This document shows positions 38,728-52,635 of a stretch of 64,000 nt of DNA, in pieces. This stretch comes from Phoronis australis (Eukaryota; Animalia; Phoronida), in the NCBI GenBank assembly GCA_002633005.1, contig NMRA01000039.1, positions 551,225 to 615,224 on the forward strand, read 5' to 3'. Numbering within the stretch: position 1 is the stretch's first letter; each line of letters starts with the position of its first letter. The translations under genes and the position numbers were made by a program. The notes beneath the pieces are model-generated. The model had not been told where the DNA came from. It ran no database searches and saw only the letters and a program-made list of their open reading frames with translations.

Positions 38728-41700
38728 GGGGCTGTTCGGAAAATCTTCAATAACTAGAGGGCGTGCGTGTACTAGTGGTGATAGATTAACAGCCTCGATT
38801 TCGCGAGCCCTTTAAATACATGGTGAAATGGCTTGCAGCCGCGCCAACTGAGTCTGAGATTGCGTAAAAAGGGTGCTTCTATGAGAGGAAGTAAGCACGA
38901 CCTCATACAAAGGTAAGGTTTGTGATTATTTTAACGATTATTCCATGATTATTCTTCCGATGCCTGTTAACTGAGGCACTCGCCGATGTCGACTTCGCGG
39001 CAGTCAGTCGCCAGCCAGAGTCTGGTTACTCTTGTGATACGATACTTGACGTAGCAATCGGGATCTTTGGCATCAAAGCATTATTATTGTTTGGAATGTT
39101 TTCTAAAAGTTTATCAGTGACAGTTACATCAATCAATGCTGAATGTTTATGCTGTCAACTCGATACAGGTTAATGAGGAAGTTAAGATTACAATCCAATC
39201 CCAATGGCAAAGGGTACGTGAGTGATAAATATCCATTGCATATTAGACTATTTGTTTACTCCCTATCATATGTCTTCTGGAAATCTATTACACGTTGAAA
39301 TGGAAATCTATCACGTCAGTTTTCACGTAACCTTTGGTTTTTAGGTTTGAAGGCTTGCACCGTGCAGAGGAGATATGCATCGCTTCTGTACCGTCCCTGA
39401 ATGGACTGGACAAAAATTGGTTTTTAGCATTTGACTGCAGCTAACCAACAAGATCTTCCCATCCAGTGCAGATCTGTTGTCAAAGCCTACTTTCAATATT
39501 GGAGACAACGAACAAAGCCTTTGAAAAGGAACAGCTATTTTTAAAGTCATTTTTGTTAAATTACTTATTCAGGTCCCGAGGGAGGATTGGCATGGGGGGG
39601 TGTAATATTTGGTACAACTGAATGTGTGGAAATAACAGGTAATACATGTTTGGGGAAAAGAGCATGGTGAGGTAATTCTTAACCTTCACGAAGTCCCTTC
39701 AAGTTGATTTCATGAAACTGTTTTGCTACTTGTATCAATTGTAAAACCACGAAAATATATTACATTTTCCGAATTCACAGTGACTGAATAGTCTTAACTC
39801 ATGCCTTGAAATGTTGCAAGTCGTTATAAATTCAAATGACTGCCATTTTTGTGAAAATTGCATTTTTGATGGTGCCTTACGATTTGTAATTACTCTTAAA
39901 CAACAGAAAGATTATCCATCATTTTTAAATGACCCAAGTCTTCATATCTTCTATAAGAAGAAAAACGGTTCCCTCAACCTTAGGCTAGAAGTATGCTTGA
40001 CAGACCCATGAACCTGTAATCTGAGTTTAAAATTGCTGAAAGTATCAAAATTAAAAAGGCTTGAAAATGGGTAACAAAGGTTTGAAGTTGTCTCAAAAAA
40101 CTTGTATATTTTACAGACAAGTGATGCGTTTAAAGAATTATTATGGCTAGGGATAAAAAATAAAGACACAGTTTTATGCAATACTCATTATATACACCCT
40201 TGGTTTCTGAAAATAGTAATTATTTACTTTTATGTGAAACTGTAGACCAATCACCATATATTTTTGAAAAACAGGGATAACATTTTTGATCCAATCTGGA
40301 GTACTTAATTATTCATATTTCAATATTTGTTCCAGGTTCAGTGACATTTTAAGGCCACTTCAAGCTGTATCATAGACAAGCTTTGTTACTCCGTTCTCTT
40401 CCCACAGCACTTCCACACACCAGCAGTGCTGCATGGCACAATGTGCAAGTCAGTGGCCCTGGAGAAATGTGAATCGCAGTACTAAGTTACCATAAGACAA
40501 TGTGCCAGTGGAGTGTCTGTGTATCCAGACGAACTATATCTGACTGCTACACAAATAAGCCTTGTTGGTGAGGATGCCCTTTCATAGGCAATGAGTCATG
40601 TGTGGACAATAGCTTATTTCCTTTCCTGGAAGAAACATGAGGGACTGAAGCTAAAGAAGACCTAGTCACACTCTGGTCTAGTTCAGAGTCTGATTTTGGG
40701 CTCAAAACGATTCAAGTGATATGCTGCTGTGTTTACCTTCAAGGGTCTAATTGTGGATGTTATTGAGGCTGAATGAGGTTACATGAAAGAAAGCCACGTG
40801 TTGAAACTGGACCTTTTTTACAAGCGCTTCTATAGGCCATTGAAACTAGAACCCAGTGAAATGAAAGCCAAAAGCTGAGTGACATTAAATTTTCCTTTCA
40901 GAAGAAAGGCTTTATACTATTGGTAAAAACTTTTCAATTTGGTACAGATTATGGGGAAATGACATTCAGTGACTGCATCGATTGTCTTATTGTATGTTTT
41001 CAATTGTAGCTAGCTGCATAAGAATCTGCTATGCACAAGATTCGAGAATAAACAATTATCAGTGTATTTAAAAACAAATGGCAAACTGAAAAAGCACAGA
41101 AAGAAACAACATTGCGAGGGAGTCCATAATCAGGCATATCAGGTGCTGAATTTCTGAATTACGTTCAATTCTCTCAGGTTATTGCTGAAGGATTGCTTTT
41201 CACTTTGTCCAACGGTGAAATAGATGGTCAGGCGGTTGGTTTCAGTTGTTTTTTCTTGCCTGTAACAGAATAGAAATATTAGCAAATTGTAAAAGAAAAG
41301 ACAAGACAAAACTACTTTTGTAAGGCAGAACATACTTGACATTTCATCTTCATGTTTATGTGTAGAAACTAATAACCTTTGTACCCAAGTCTTATTTAAT
41401 ATCTGAATTAAAATATGTGAAACAGGCTAAAAGTGATTTAACAATGTGTATTTTTCATGACACTTAAAATGTGCTTCTGATCTCAACAAGTAAAATTCAT
41501 TCTAGGTGTCAATTTTTTTCCAATGCAATGTTACGACATTTACTGAATTAAGGCTTATTCATGTTAATTCGATAACTGAGCTGGTGGTCCTGGGGGTGGG
41601 GTCCACGATAAAATAAGGAAACTCACTCATCTAGAGAATTTTATTGGAAACAGCATAGTTTTGAAGAGAAACTGCTGTGAAAAAGTCACTCTTGACTTCT

Positions 41701-42238
41701 GTGCATCACGTACCATACACCTCTTATTTTGGGAGCACTCCCACCCAGGACAATATGAATATGTGCTGCTAGCCTACCCGGCATCGGGTGAGTTTCCAAA
41801 AAGAAACACTTAGTTCCACTCAATAAAACTGTTATTCAGTGGGGTAACTGGTGGGGATAACATCACCGAACGATGTTGATAGAAACTGATTGCTAAAAAC
41901 TTACCAAGTAATGTTGTGTAGTCTCCGAATGGAACTGCATAGTCATAGACATAGAGCACACACGGGGCTTCAGCATCCACACACTTTTTGTCAGTTAGTT
42001 GACCCTGTTGACCGCAATTGCCCACGAATATAGTAACCTTAGGTCTTTTGGGAATTTGTGGCCACCTGTCGAAGACTTGCACCAGGGAAATTAGCAGTAA
42101 TAAGGCTTAGCGCGACGACGTATTTTGATAAAAATTCCATCTTTTACCAGTTGTTTACATGCAGACAGCCACGCATGCGCAATTCAATCACCACTAGTAC
42201 AGCAGCGACACCGCGAGGAGAATTCTCCGAATAGCCCC
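38728..42238. mobile_element. Decayed ISL2EU-like (PIF/Harbinger group) transposon with convergent SAP-YqaJ (+) and THAP-transposase (-) remnants
   Basis: AT|GGGGCTGTTCGGA...TCCGAATAGCCCC|AT plus subterminal IR tgtactagtggtgat. Plus strand: LRKKGASMRGSKHDLIQR|gt (SAP, ~38860-38912) and VFTFKGLIVDVI...LKLDLFYKRFYRP (YqaJ-like C-terminus, ~40730-40840). Minus strand: YC*FPWC...HKFPKD...W.IAV.R...W....RVCS, then DYTTLLG|KKKQLKPTA*PSI (THAP). Confidence 0.75.
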
Positions 42239-43439
42239 ATTCACAGATAGTGATCTTCGCGTTCTCCAAAATTCCAACTTTTTATGGTGGTCAATCCTAT
42301 TGTGTTTTTCGCATTTTTGTTGTTTGAGTCGAATGTTTTGATATCGCTGTACTGTGCACAGTTCTTTTGGGTTTTTGATGAATTTTGAATCTCAACTTCA
42401 ACTCGTGAATACTTGGCAGTGTCGGAGTTACGTGTATAGAAGGATATCCGAACCGCCCCACTGAGAGATTGTCCCGTCTGAAATGTAACACCTAAGATGA
42501 AAGGCTACACGACATTAAGCTTAGAAAAGAGTGACAGTTCATTCCATAGTCTGGTGCAAGAAGTGACTTTCCTCAGCATGAAAGCCGGTTGTACGATTTC
42601 ACAAAAAAAAAATAAAATAGAGATAATCGATTCTAACACTGGGCCCTCTCTTCGTGAGCGGTCCCTTAAGAATTTGCCAATCAAAACACGAAAAGGATGG
42701 CCACTTGAATGTCATCAATGGTCCTCTTCAAGAGCTGCGCCCCTAAATATGAAAAGATCTGTATTTTCAAAAGTCAAGAAATGCGCAGCAATTGATGTTA
42801 TCTGCCAGGCCATCAATTTTCTCAAGTGGTACATAATTTAGAGAACGAAAAACACGAAAAAATAGAGTGACAGTTGTCTTTGTTATCCTTTGCTGGAGAA
42901 GTGTCTCTGGAAAATATAATTTTGCATTTATACATTTGCAAAACTTTCTTATTAAATTTAAAAATCCAATGATTTTATATGTTCCGCAAAGGCTTCGCTT
43001 TACGAATTTTCTCGATTTTTCGAAATACATGTATGAATGATAAAGTGCACGTTTTGAAGTGCGTTTAGACGACCTACATGTATGCAGCAAAAATGGAGAC
43101 GCTAACAGCAATGTCCTGGCCAGGGCCCTCAATAGGTAAACCATGCGCTGATACTGAATTGTCAAATGTTCTCTTGAATTTTCTCTTATCCGTTATTGTA
43201 GTCTTTGTTTTCTCGACTGTCCCCGGCCTCAAGCCTACGTCGGTTGCCATGGTTTAACCCTGACGCCTGCAAATTTTTTGGGGGCACGGGCCCCTCCTGC
43301 CCCCCGCTTCCTACGGCCATGTACCGTCGTCTTGAATAATCACAATATCTCCAGCATTCAAATTCTTCACCCTTTGCGTACACGTGGAGCGAGTGTGGAG
43401 TGTTATGAGATAGTTTTTATGCCAACGAGACTAAAAAAT

Positions 43440-44320
43440 GATTGCCAAATACTGAACCCATTTCCACCTCCCGCTCATATAGACGTTCTCCCTATTGAAC
43501 CGTACCGGGGGTGCTACCAAAGTACGGGTCTTCGTAGTCAGGGTGTGATTAGGTGTAAGTGGCGAACAATCGTGACTGGACGAGAATACACCATATTCTC
43601 TGCTTCACACAAGAGAGTGTGTAACGCATCGCTCCTCAAACGATAACAGGAGTTCAACGAGGATGACAGAACTTTTCTTAGCGCCAATTTGCATTTCACA
43701 CACGTTTCCAAAACGGAAAGCAGCGGGGGAGTCAAATGACCTATTGATTTCCTCAAACACCAATTGCGTTTTAACGCGTACGATGACCATCTCACCAGTC
43801 ACACTGTTTTCAACTCGCGCTCCCGATCCTACACAGTTAGTTCCATTATTATTATTATTGTAAAGTGCTATTATGGAACCCCGACTAGCAAGAAATCTCC
43901 GTATCCGGTTGAGGAAGCTATCAGTGTCCAAAACGTCGACTTTGTCCAAGTATATTGCTCTCTTGTAAAGCAGATAAACACCAACCCATAGAGTTTTAGC
44001 AATTTAGTCTTGCTGGTCACGATAAATGGCTCAAACGAGTCAACGACAGAGAAGGTGCATGGCGGTTCTGAACTTGTGCGTTCCAACGGCAAATCCACCA
44101 ACTTTTGTGTCTACAAAGTACTTCGTAATCGTCTGCACGTAACGGAATCACCTGGCGCACCGTAGCATTTCGTGCAGTCACTCAGACGTACTTTCAACGC
44201 AATGACAGTACACGATTTCTTCTTACGTGTCCTGGTTTTTCATGTACATTGCCAGGTGTGTTTTTTCTTAGACAGACCTGTCACCAACGGGTAAAACATC
44301 AACAGTAGTCATATATCATC
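43440..44320 (-). mobile_element. BEL/Pao LTR retrotransposon integrase fragment (decayed)
   Basis: VTCRRLR...DLPLER..EPP...VDSFEPFIV...YGLVFIC / LDTDSFLNRIRRFLASRG...NGTNCVG / LHTLLCEAE....SRPVT...LITP across frameshifts. Confidence 0.9.
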
Positions 44321-44499
44321 TACCGCCCTCTGGTATCACCCGTACAAAACACAGGAAGCACTCTCCCAGCTCAACAGTTCCTTTGCCATGTTGGTGGGAA
44401 ACCACTCACTCCCTAACAATTTAGTGTTGCCCTCCAGAAAGTCATGAAGACGCTTGGAGTTCACCATGGTAGCTACAATTCCCATCATTTCGCGATGGA

Positions 44500-44830
44500 C
44501 CATAAACCCCATGGAAGACAATCCGTTCTACATGGCCATCTTGCATTGTGTATGCAATGACATTGGTCAAATCAAGTTACAGCAGAATTATCTGATGAGA
44601 AATGCTACATAGATTAAATTGGTGTCAATGCAGCATGGCGACAATGGATAAAGCACGCGCTAAGTTCAATTCACTAGCAACCAAGACCATACTTCCGCGC
44701 GCAGAATGCTACATCAAACACTCTGATATCACTCATCGTGCCACATCGCTACTTCATCCAGATGGAGTCCATCTCTCTACCGTAGGCAATGACATCTTCC
44801 TCACTTTTATAAAAGTGCCTTAGCTCAGTT
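44500..44830 (+). mobile_element. SGNH-hydrolase ORF remnant typical of DIRS/Ngaro tyrosine-recombinase retrotransposons
   Basis: ILHCVCNDIG (GxND block) and IKHSDI...LLHPDGVHLSTVGNDIFL (DxxH block). Confidence 0.65.
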
Positions 44831-45539
44831 CATCGGTCGCCGTTTCTCAATATTCCAGAAGATACCCGTAGTGTAGGTAAAAATTGTTAGCTTTTAGTTG
44901 CTGGCCTACTTTTTAAAAACACATTCACTAACTCAGTTATTATACTTGCCATGTTCCGCCTCCCCCCTTGCCCACACTCCCTCTTTCCTTCCACCCGCCC
45001 CTGGGTGATAGCCTCCTGTGTGGGTTGTAACTGTGGACAGAGCTGATTGTCCACGAACAACATTGCCCATGTGATGATAAACGTGCCTCTAAACCACCTT
45101 CTTCATATCTTTTTGGACCGTGTACCCACATAACGACAGCATTACTCACTCAGGCTTTCTGCATTGGACAATTTAACATTCTCAGCCTTGACTGGAACCT
45201 GTGTATCCTGTATTGTTACCGATTCTGTGTACTCACATGGTAATGTATATTTGACAGTTTGTGTACACATATGGTATTTGGTATATTTGCCATTTTGCTC
45301 GAGTCCATTTGAAAGGCAATCGGTAATGACCAACAGGTATCGTGTACCAATTTGGTACACACTTGCAAAGTTTTACTGCAGTTTCGTGGTACTCTGAACC
45401 CATCTGGTACGTACCACCAGAAATTGCCAGCACACCTCATATAAACTACATCAAATCAAAAAGACACGCTCCTTGACAAACTTATTAGACCGGTAGCCAG
45501 TGAGCATATCATCCCATCTTGCAGCCATTTTAACGGGTG

Positions 45540-45840
45540 TGTCGTTAACTGCAAACTACCTGAGATGACTCCTGTTTTCAGGAAGAATGGTAGTCTTAGT
45601 AGGAAAAATATTGTCCTGTTAGTATTGGAGTATTCTCTCCAAGTTCCTAGAGAAGAGTCTTCACTTCCGACTTCCCGACCACTTAGATAATTTCCTTGCC
45701 TCTAGCGTTTATGGTTTGAAAGCTGGGTAGGCCAACGGCTGCCAACATGTACTTTTACGGCCCCTTGATTACAAGAAAAAGTTGATGGAATTTTAGTGTT
45801 ATATAATATATGGGCTATGCTCATGGATTTCATGAAGACG
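45540..45840 (+). mobile_element. CR1/L2 LINE reverse transcriptase fragment (decayed)
   Basis: EMTPVFRKNG...CPVSI...FSKFLEK...LDNFL...CQHVLL...AMLMDF. Confidence 0.7.
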
Positions 45841-47853
45841 TGATGACGACGATGGAGATGATATCCAAAATGACCCCTAGTCTCAAAATAAAATGTTTCT
45901 CTCTGCTATTTGTAAAGTTACGTTTCATTTTACATTATGGCGGACTGGTCAGCTGAATAAACATATTCTTTAGCAGAATAAGTTTGTCCATATTGTCTTT
46001 GTACACGAATCTCGGCCACTTTCTTTGCGGCGATTTTGGAGTTTTCGACCATCAGTCAAAGCCTCTGAGAATTCACACGTAACTACTAGTTACTAAAAAT
46101 AATTCCTATACATCACTTTTAGAGTGTGTACAGTTATAATTACTTGGCTAAACCTTTTTCAGTAGTTGTGAAAGGAGTGTAAGACCAAATTTCTGTGTAA
46201 GTCTTAAATCGCATTTAATGAAGCAAACCCCCTGATCAGCTTTACTTTTATTACATCATTTGGCGGTAACCTTAGAAGTAGCTAAAGTTTCTTCAAAATT
46301 AAAAAATGTGCACCTGTTTGGCATAAAAAGTGCTTATTAGTTAGATTTCATGGGAACTCTTCAGTTTGGAAAGTGTCAGTAAAATCCACCGTGCCGTTTT
46401 CGAGAACTTAATATGTTCCTGAGCTCAAATTAAGTCGATTTGCCGAAGCCAAGAAAAAGCTGATAAAGTTGGGACACGTGAAAGCCTGAAGGTCTTCGGT
46501 TGGTTATTCGGAGAAAAAATCGTTTTCGGCTAATATAACCTATACATGCCTTAACCATGTTCGTTAGATAGTTTCACTAGCACTGTGATCTGAAATTGCA
46601 TTGCGTAATTAATTTAATTATCGCCAACAACGTGATTTTGCTTGTGACATTACCGAAATAACAATAGAAATTGAACTGCCAGAAGTTGGGATAATTCCCT
46701 GTGAACTTGCATAGTGATAACACGACGGTAAGATTTATTTATACTTGCCTCCAGAATCCGGGTGTAACTTGACGAAGGTAATTTTTCGGTCAATTTCGGG
46801 ACGCCGATCAAAAATTATATTACGTTCATAATACCTTCATAGACAACGACAATTTTGCTACTCTTTTCACCATACTCAAAATCTCGATGTTCTTGTGTGG
46901 TGATTGAACGCATACTATTCAACCAACCTCTGGAATATGCAGATATTTCTTAGAAAGTATTAATTATTTATATCGAATTTTTGTGGCATAAATGTCATAC
47001 GTGCAAAATTTTATCGATGTTTGTCATTGACTTGCATTAATTAATTATTGGCACAGACATGGTTTCTTCCGTATTTTTGCCCGGGATGAATAAGCAAGCA
47101 ATTATCGATTGGAGCACTTGGTATAAAAATAATTCAGCCACATTAACTAACATAGCTGCTGAAGGACCTTTCAATCACATTATCTCCTGATCAATCAAAA
47201 CGCAGAAGTCAATCAGTCAAGCCGAGACAAAAATTACAACCATTTCCAGGTGAATTTTGAAAAACAATTTGATTTCAGAAAATAACAACAAACATTGTGA
47301 TAGTTGAATGACCTTTAACTGGGAAATTTGTGTTTCTATCAAATCTTCAAGGGCCATTTCGAATTCAGGATGGAGGTTACGACAGAAGTGCCTCGTGGAC
47401 TACGCACGTGAATACTCTGTGAGGCCAATGGAAAGTTAAAATCAAGCAACGCTTAGATAGGGTTTGATGTAGTGCTAGGGTGCACTCTTCCAAGTTTGTC
47501 CGTCACGGGTGTTGGACAAACAATTGCTTCTGGAAACGTGTTAACCATGACTTCTAGGGCAGCGAAACAACAAAGAAACCGAACAATACAAAATCAGTGA
47601 CAGGATTTGTAAAATGAAGAGATTAAGATGGTGAGCAATATGTTATTCTCATTAAACAATGCTTCCTATTCCAACCTGCACTGCGCATGGAGGAAGAACA
47701 TAATCAACATTGTTTGTGTAGGACGTTCTGCTTTGCTTTGGACTACTTGAAATTTGCAATAAAATATAGGCCTAACAATGGCCGATAATGTGTTCCTGTC
47801 GATACTGAACTAAAAGGTGTCGTTTGGTGCTGTAATCAGCCAGTCACAGAAAT

Positions 47854-49327
47854 TGACCTATCGCCAGGATAATGACTGACGGCTTAACTGACCAATCTAA
47901 ACGCAGCATTCTAGTGACACAGATTCGTCTGCGTTTCTAAGCCGCCATTTTAGCCGACAAACAACGCGATGTAGTGTAAAACTTATTTTAGTCTATAGCT
48001 CAAGAAATCGTGCGATAAGAATGGTGAAACGGTGTTCATATGGCGTGTGTAATTCCGACAGCCGTTATGCAGCGCGAGAAGAATATCCCGTCATTTTGGG
48101 CATCTCTTAAGCCGAAAAGTGGTGTCGATCGGTGTAAACTATGGCTCAACGGTGTGAACGGCCACACGAGCAGCTGAACTTGGAAACGTTGCTTGATTAC
48201 TCGAAGGTTAAACACAAATATTTTTGTTCCAAGATACGCACTTTTCAGTTGTCTATAGTTCAGGCCTATCTGATTTTGTCTCCGGAATTTCACTCGCCTG
48301 ACTGTCTTTGTCTCGACCCCTGCTGGATCTCGTCACTAGTCTAGTGGTAGTCACTGGAAATTGTTGTTTTTAAGGACGTTTTTAGTATTTTTCATTTGTT
48401 TCGACTCAATGAATTACTTTTTGATGAGAGCCTCTCACTTCCCCCGTAGAGTTAGAGAGACCTTATTTTGAATTGTTTTAGTCCACAGAAGGTCCAACGG
48501 TCTACATCCCTGGCGGCCTGGCCCCTGCAACTTTCGGGCCACCTGTGCACATACAATTGCACTTTGCCCAATTCCACGAGGTAACATATGTTGGCCCCCC
48601 CTGTTGTATCCTAGATCCGCCACTGAATTCCAGACATTAATTTTACTTAGACACAGCCCTAGACCTAACGGAGCCGCTGTTTGGCCAGGACGAGATGAGT
48701 GTGTACCTGAGCTACATGTATGAACCTGAATTTTTTGATCCAAATATTTCGTTACAAGATTAGAAAAGTGTAAACAGTGCTATCGAGTCGACCTAGTCAG
48801 ACACTATAGTGCATGTGTTGTCTGTAATCTATGACCTACTTTACTCCAGGAATCCCACCAGTTGTGACCTACTTTTCATTTGGCGAAATTTAGCAGACGA
48901 CAGAATAAAAATATCGGTGAATCTTCACTGATTTTATTCGAAACATCATGAAATATATGGAACCGTACAGATAATTCGAGTTTAAGGTACATACCCAGCT
49001 TTACATGAACATATCGTATCAGTGGCCTTGTCATTTGTCGGGTGAAGGTGGCCCCAAGGCCGAGGGGTTCATCGGATTTTCGCTTATAGCTCCTCGAGCA
49101 CTTATTTTTTCATCGTCACCTTTACAAATTCCCATATCATGAACGTACGATTCACTGTTGAAAAGTATCGCCTCTTGTCTCTGTCGACGCGTTTTCAAAT
49201 AGTACAAAAACACTCATCGATTCCACCAGGAACGTCGTTTAGCGACAGTTTATTTGCCTCTGACATCTCGTTCGAATGTCGGGTATCACGTGACTTTTCG
49301 CATAAGGGCGGAGCTTGCGATAGGTCA
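47854..49327. mobile_element. Internally deleted ISL2EU-like transposon with THAP 5' remnant
   Basis: Perfect 14-bp IR AATTGACCTATCGC / GCGATAGGTCAATT (AT flanks included). Plus strand from 48021: MVKRCSYGVCNSDSRY...KP...C.LW..CERPHEQLN...YFCSK. A convergent minus-strand start (LFNSESYVHD) lies near the right end. Confidence 0.75.
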
Positions 49328-51293
49328 ATTCATTGACTTCCTTATTTGAAATGTCACGTGCTTGATAAAATAATGTCAGTTTTCTGCGTCATATATATGC
49401 CTTGGTTTTCACCAGATGAGAGTTCTGCGATAGAGCGTATTACTTACGCATTCAAGAAGGCTTTAACAAACTACGAAAATTTGGCGAATGCACAATTCAT
49501 TGCTCTAACTTAGTAAAATGTCCGCATTCTCGAAAACTCGAGCCCCCCTCACTTTTTAGGACGGATTCATACATGCGTATTGTTTGATTTTTTTCAAATC
49601 TTTCTTCGTTTTATTTCTAGAAAATAAATTGGATGCTTTAAGACGTCAAATTTTTTTCACCAACCGTTCGAATAATATTCATCTAAAGTTCTGGAAACCA
49701 AAATTTACCTTGTTTTGACAAGCGACTTGATTGTCAGCATCATTATAACCTTCCTTTACAGTATTGCATGCTAAAACCGTGAATTCTCAAAGGCAAAAAT
49801 AGAACGAAAACGAAAGTTTGTTAGCTCCACAGACGTGAGTGTAACACTAACGTACCCAGCGCCCGTGTATCACGTCCACCGCGCAAGTTTCTGGTATAAA
49901 GTTGTGACATATCTGCGCTTCTTTGATATTCTGCGGGAAAGTGAAAAGATCCACAACGTGCCCAAGTACTGAGTTGTAGTAGCCATCATAAACCCAACGC
50001 ATGGCCATTCCTTGTCATACCATAAACGAGGGGAAAACGAGCAGCAATATCTAGCGACTTTTCACCCTGAGGGCAATGATGGATAACTAATGCAATAGGT
50101 TATCCCAAATCTCCTATTACGTATCACCCAATAAATGCTCGTAACTCGAGACCAGTTAACTAATATATGGCTAAATAAGGTGTTATAATTTAGCAGTTGA
50201 TCAACTAGTGGGTTGATTTTTTGGTATTTTTATATGAAATTGAGGACCGACAGTTTACCAAAACGCGGTAAAACAGTCGCTGTTTTACGACACTGAAAAT
50301 GTTATAAAATATTTGAATGTGACTTTTCAATTAAAAAAACAAATCGTTTGGTTTGATTTTGCTTTGAGTTTTTATGTTGTATTTAATAATAGCGCGCAAG
50401 ATTGAATTTCACTATAACGCTGTACTAATCAATAAGCAAGCACAAGTTGCTATAGAGAGAGGTGACGTGATTCAAGCGACAGTGCTATCTTAAATTTAAT
50501 AAAGAAGCGTTTTGCCCTACATTCATCACATCAACTGATCCTATTTCACAATCTGAGTATCATAGTATGAGTGCTTTCTAGTGTAAAATGCAGCAGTATG
50601 ATTGTGATAAAAAATTCGAGAAGCCAAAAAGCGAATTCTTTTGTGATAATTGTAGACCTAAAATGGCTCAAAAACGAAATCTCATTTCACAGAAACCATG
50701 ACGGCATGAAAATGAAATACAAAAGAAACAGAAATTAACTGCGTAACGTTCTGTGTAGAAGCCAAATGCCCAACGCTAAAACTTTAGGAACTTGAACCTC
50801 AACAACAAACGTAGAAAATCATTCATTTACAATCTGGAGACTTTTCAGTAACCCATGTAAATTTCACACTTTTGAAAGAAGTTACTTTGTTTAAACGGCT
50901 GTAACAGAAAAAATAATAATTTTGTAACATCCACATCTTCGCAGGTTTGTTGTAGGCAAAGACCAGGATAAAAACGTTAAAATTCAATCATAAAATAAAT
51001 ATTTGTCGAATCCATACTCCGTGATTTCAAACCGCCGCATTTGACGTATTTTAAATACGTTAAAATGCTATTTATGCTGACTATTAACTTGAACATCAGA
51101 AAACGGAGTGGTTACAAAACTAATAAAACATGAAAAGTGTGGACATCAAAGTGAGATAAATTAGAACCGTAAATTAATCATATTTAAACAACAAAACATC
51201 ACATGTGATTTTAGGAGCCCATGTGAGGCATCGAACCTCTAAAAGTAACATTTGCAATATATCTGAGTATAAATAGGTAATTCTGAAATAGGC

Positions 51294-52627
51294 CTATATA
51301 CCTTTGCAGCAGATCTCATTATGCACAATACACAAAATTCGACACTCCGTGAAGAATTTTACACACTCCATAGACATGTACATGTGTACAATTACACTTA
51401 ACCTTTCGAACATTTTCCTTGAATCCTCCCTGTATTTATCACTCATTCTATTATTACCTCTCAGTTTGTACACATCACTCAGTTCATTTAACATGACTGC
51501 ATGGTCCCAACTGTCGTTGTTACATCCAAGTCGTTCTTTCATTACAAAGACCTTCAAGTAACTGCGCATTGCCATGTCTAAATTTCCTTTTGCGAGATAG
51601 AGGGGCCCAATTTCCCAAAAGAGAATGGCAATATAGGGATAATGACGGTCGTTATGCAATCCCTTATTCATATTTAGCGAGTTTTGGAAGCATTGCAATG
51701 CAAAGACGAGCTTGCACATTTTCCTATTCACAATCCTAATAGAGTGCAAACTTTCAGCAACGTCAGGAAGATCCACATCGCCATATTGCCCTTTTCATCA
51801 GATATTGCAAGGCTAACTCGAGCTTATTCATCTCGCAATACACAAGCCCAAAGTTTTGTAAGATCAGTGCAATGTTAGAGGGGTCACCATTGTCATATAT
51901 CCTTTTCGTCATACTCAATGAGTCTTGAGAGTATTGCAGGGCTAACTCGTGCTGATTCGTGGCGCGATACACGCTTCCAAAATCGCCTAAATTTGTAGCA
52001 ATGTCAGGATGATCAACATCACCATATATTCGTTTCATCATGCTTCGTAAATCTTGGTAATATTGCAAGACTAACTCGTAGTTTTCCATACCACCATACA
52101 CACTTCCAAAGAGCCCTAACCTCAGTGCAATGTCGGAGTGGTCACCATTATCGTGTATCCTCTTCACCATATTCAATGAGTCTTGAGCGTATTGTAAGAC
52201 TGACTCATGCTTAGTTATGTTGCTATAGACGCCTGCAATACAGCCTAAACCTAAAGCAGGGTGAGGATGATCAACATCACCATATATCCTGTCCAACATA
52301 TTTTGAGTCTTGAAAACATTGCAAAGTAATCCCTGGCTTTTTCATCTCGCGATACACACTCCCAATGAGCCTTAAACCCAGTGCAATGTCAGTGTGGTCA
52401 CCATTGTCATATATCCTATTCATCATACTCAATGAGTCTTGAAAATATTCCAAGGCTAACTCGTGCTTTTTCATGTTGCGATACACGATCTCTATATTGC
52501 CTAAAATCGTAGCAATGCCAGGACGATCAACATCACCATATACCCTTTTCATCATACTTTGAGAGTCTTGAAAATATCGCAAGCCTAACTCGAGCTTATT
52601 CATCTTGGAATACACAGTCCCAATCAT
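51294..52627 (-). pseudogene. Tetratricopeptide-repeat (nephrocystin-3/kinesin-light-chain-like) coding sequence, frameshifted
   Basis: About ten 43-aa units such as ALQYxQDSLSMxKRIY(GDVDHP/DNGDH)DIA..LG..G.VY over three ORFs joined by frameshifts (~52305, ~51790). The 5' end abuts a MITE end at 52636. Confidence 0.85.
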
Positions 52628-52635
52628 TTTTACGA

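Larger units (their letters stand above)
36863..43321 (+). mobile_element. hAT-like element with 5-bp TSD (hAT5-like), containing a nested ISL2EU-like element
   Basis: TACCG|CAGGCCCGTAGGAAG...CTTCCTACGGCCATG|TACCG. A decayed hAT dimerisation-like segment (SLRERSLKNL...INGP) lies at about 42540-42730. Confidence 0.55.
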
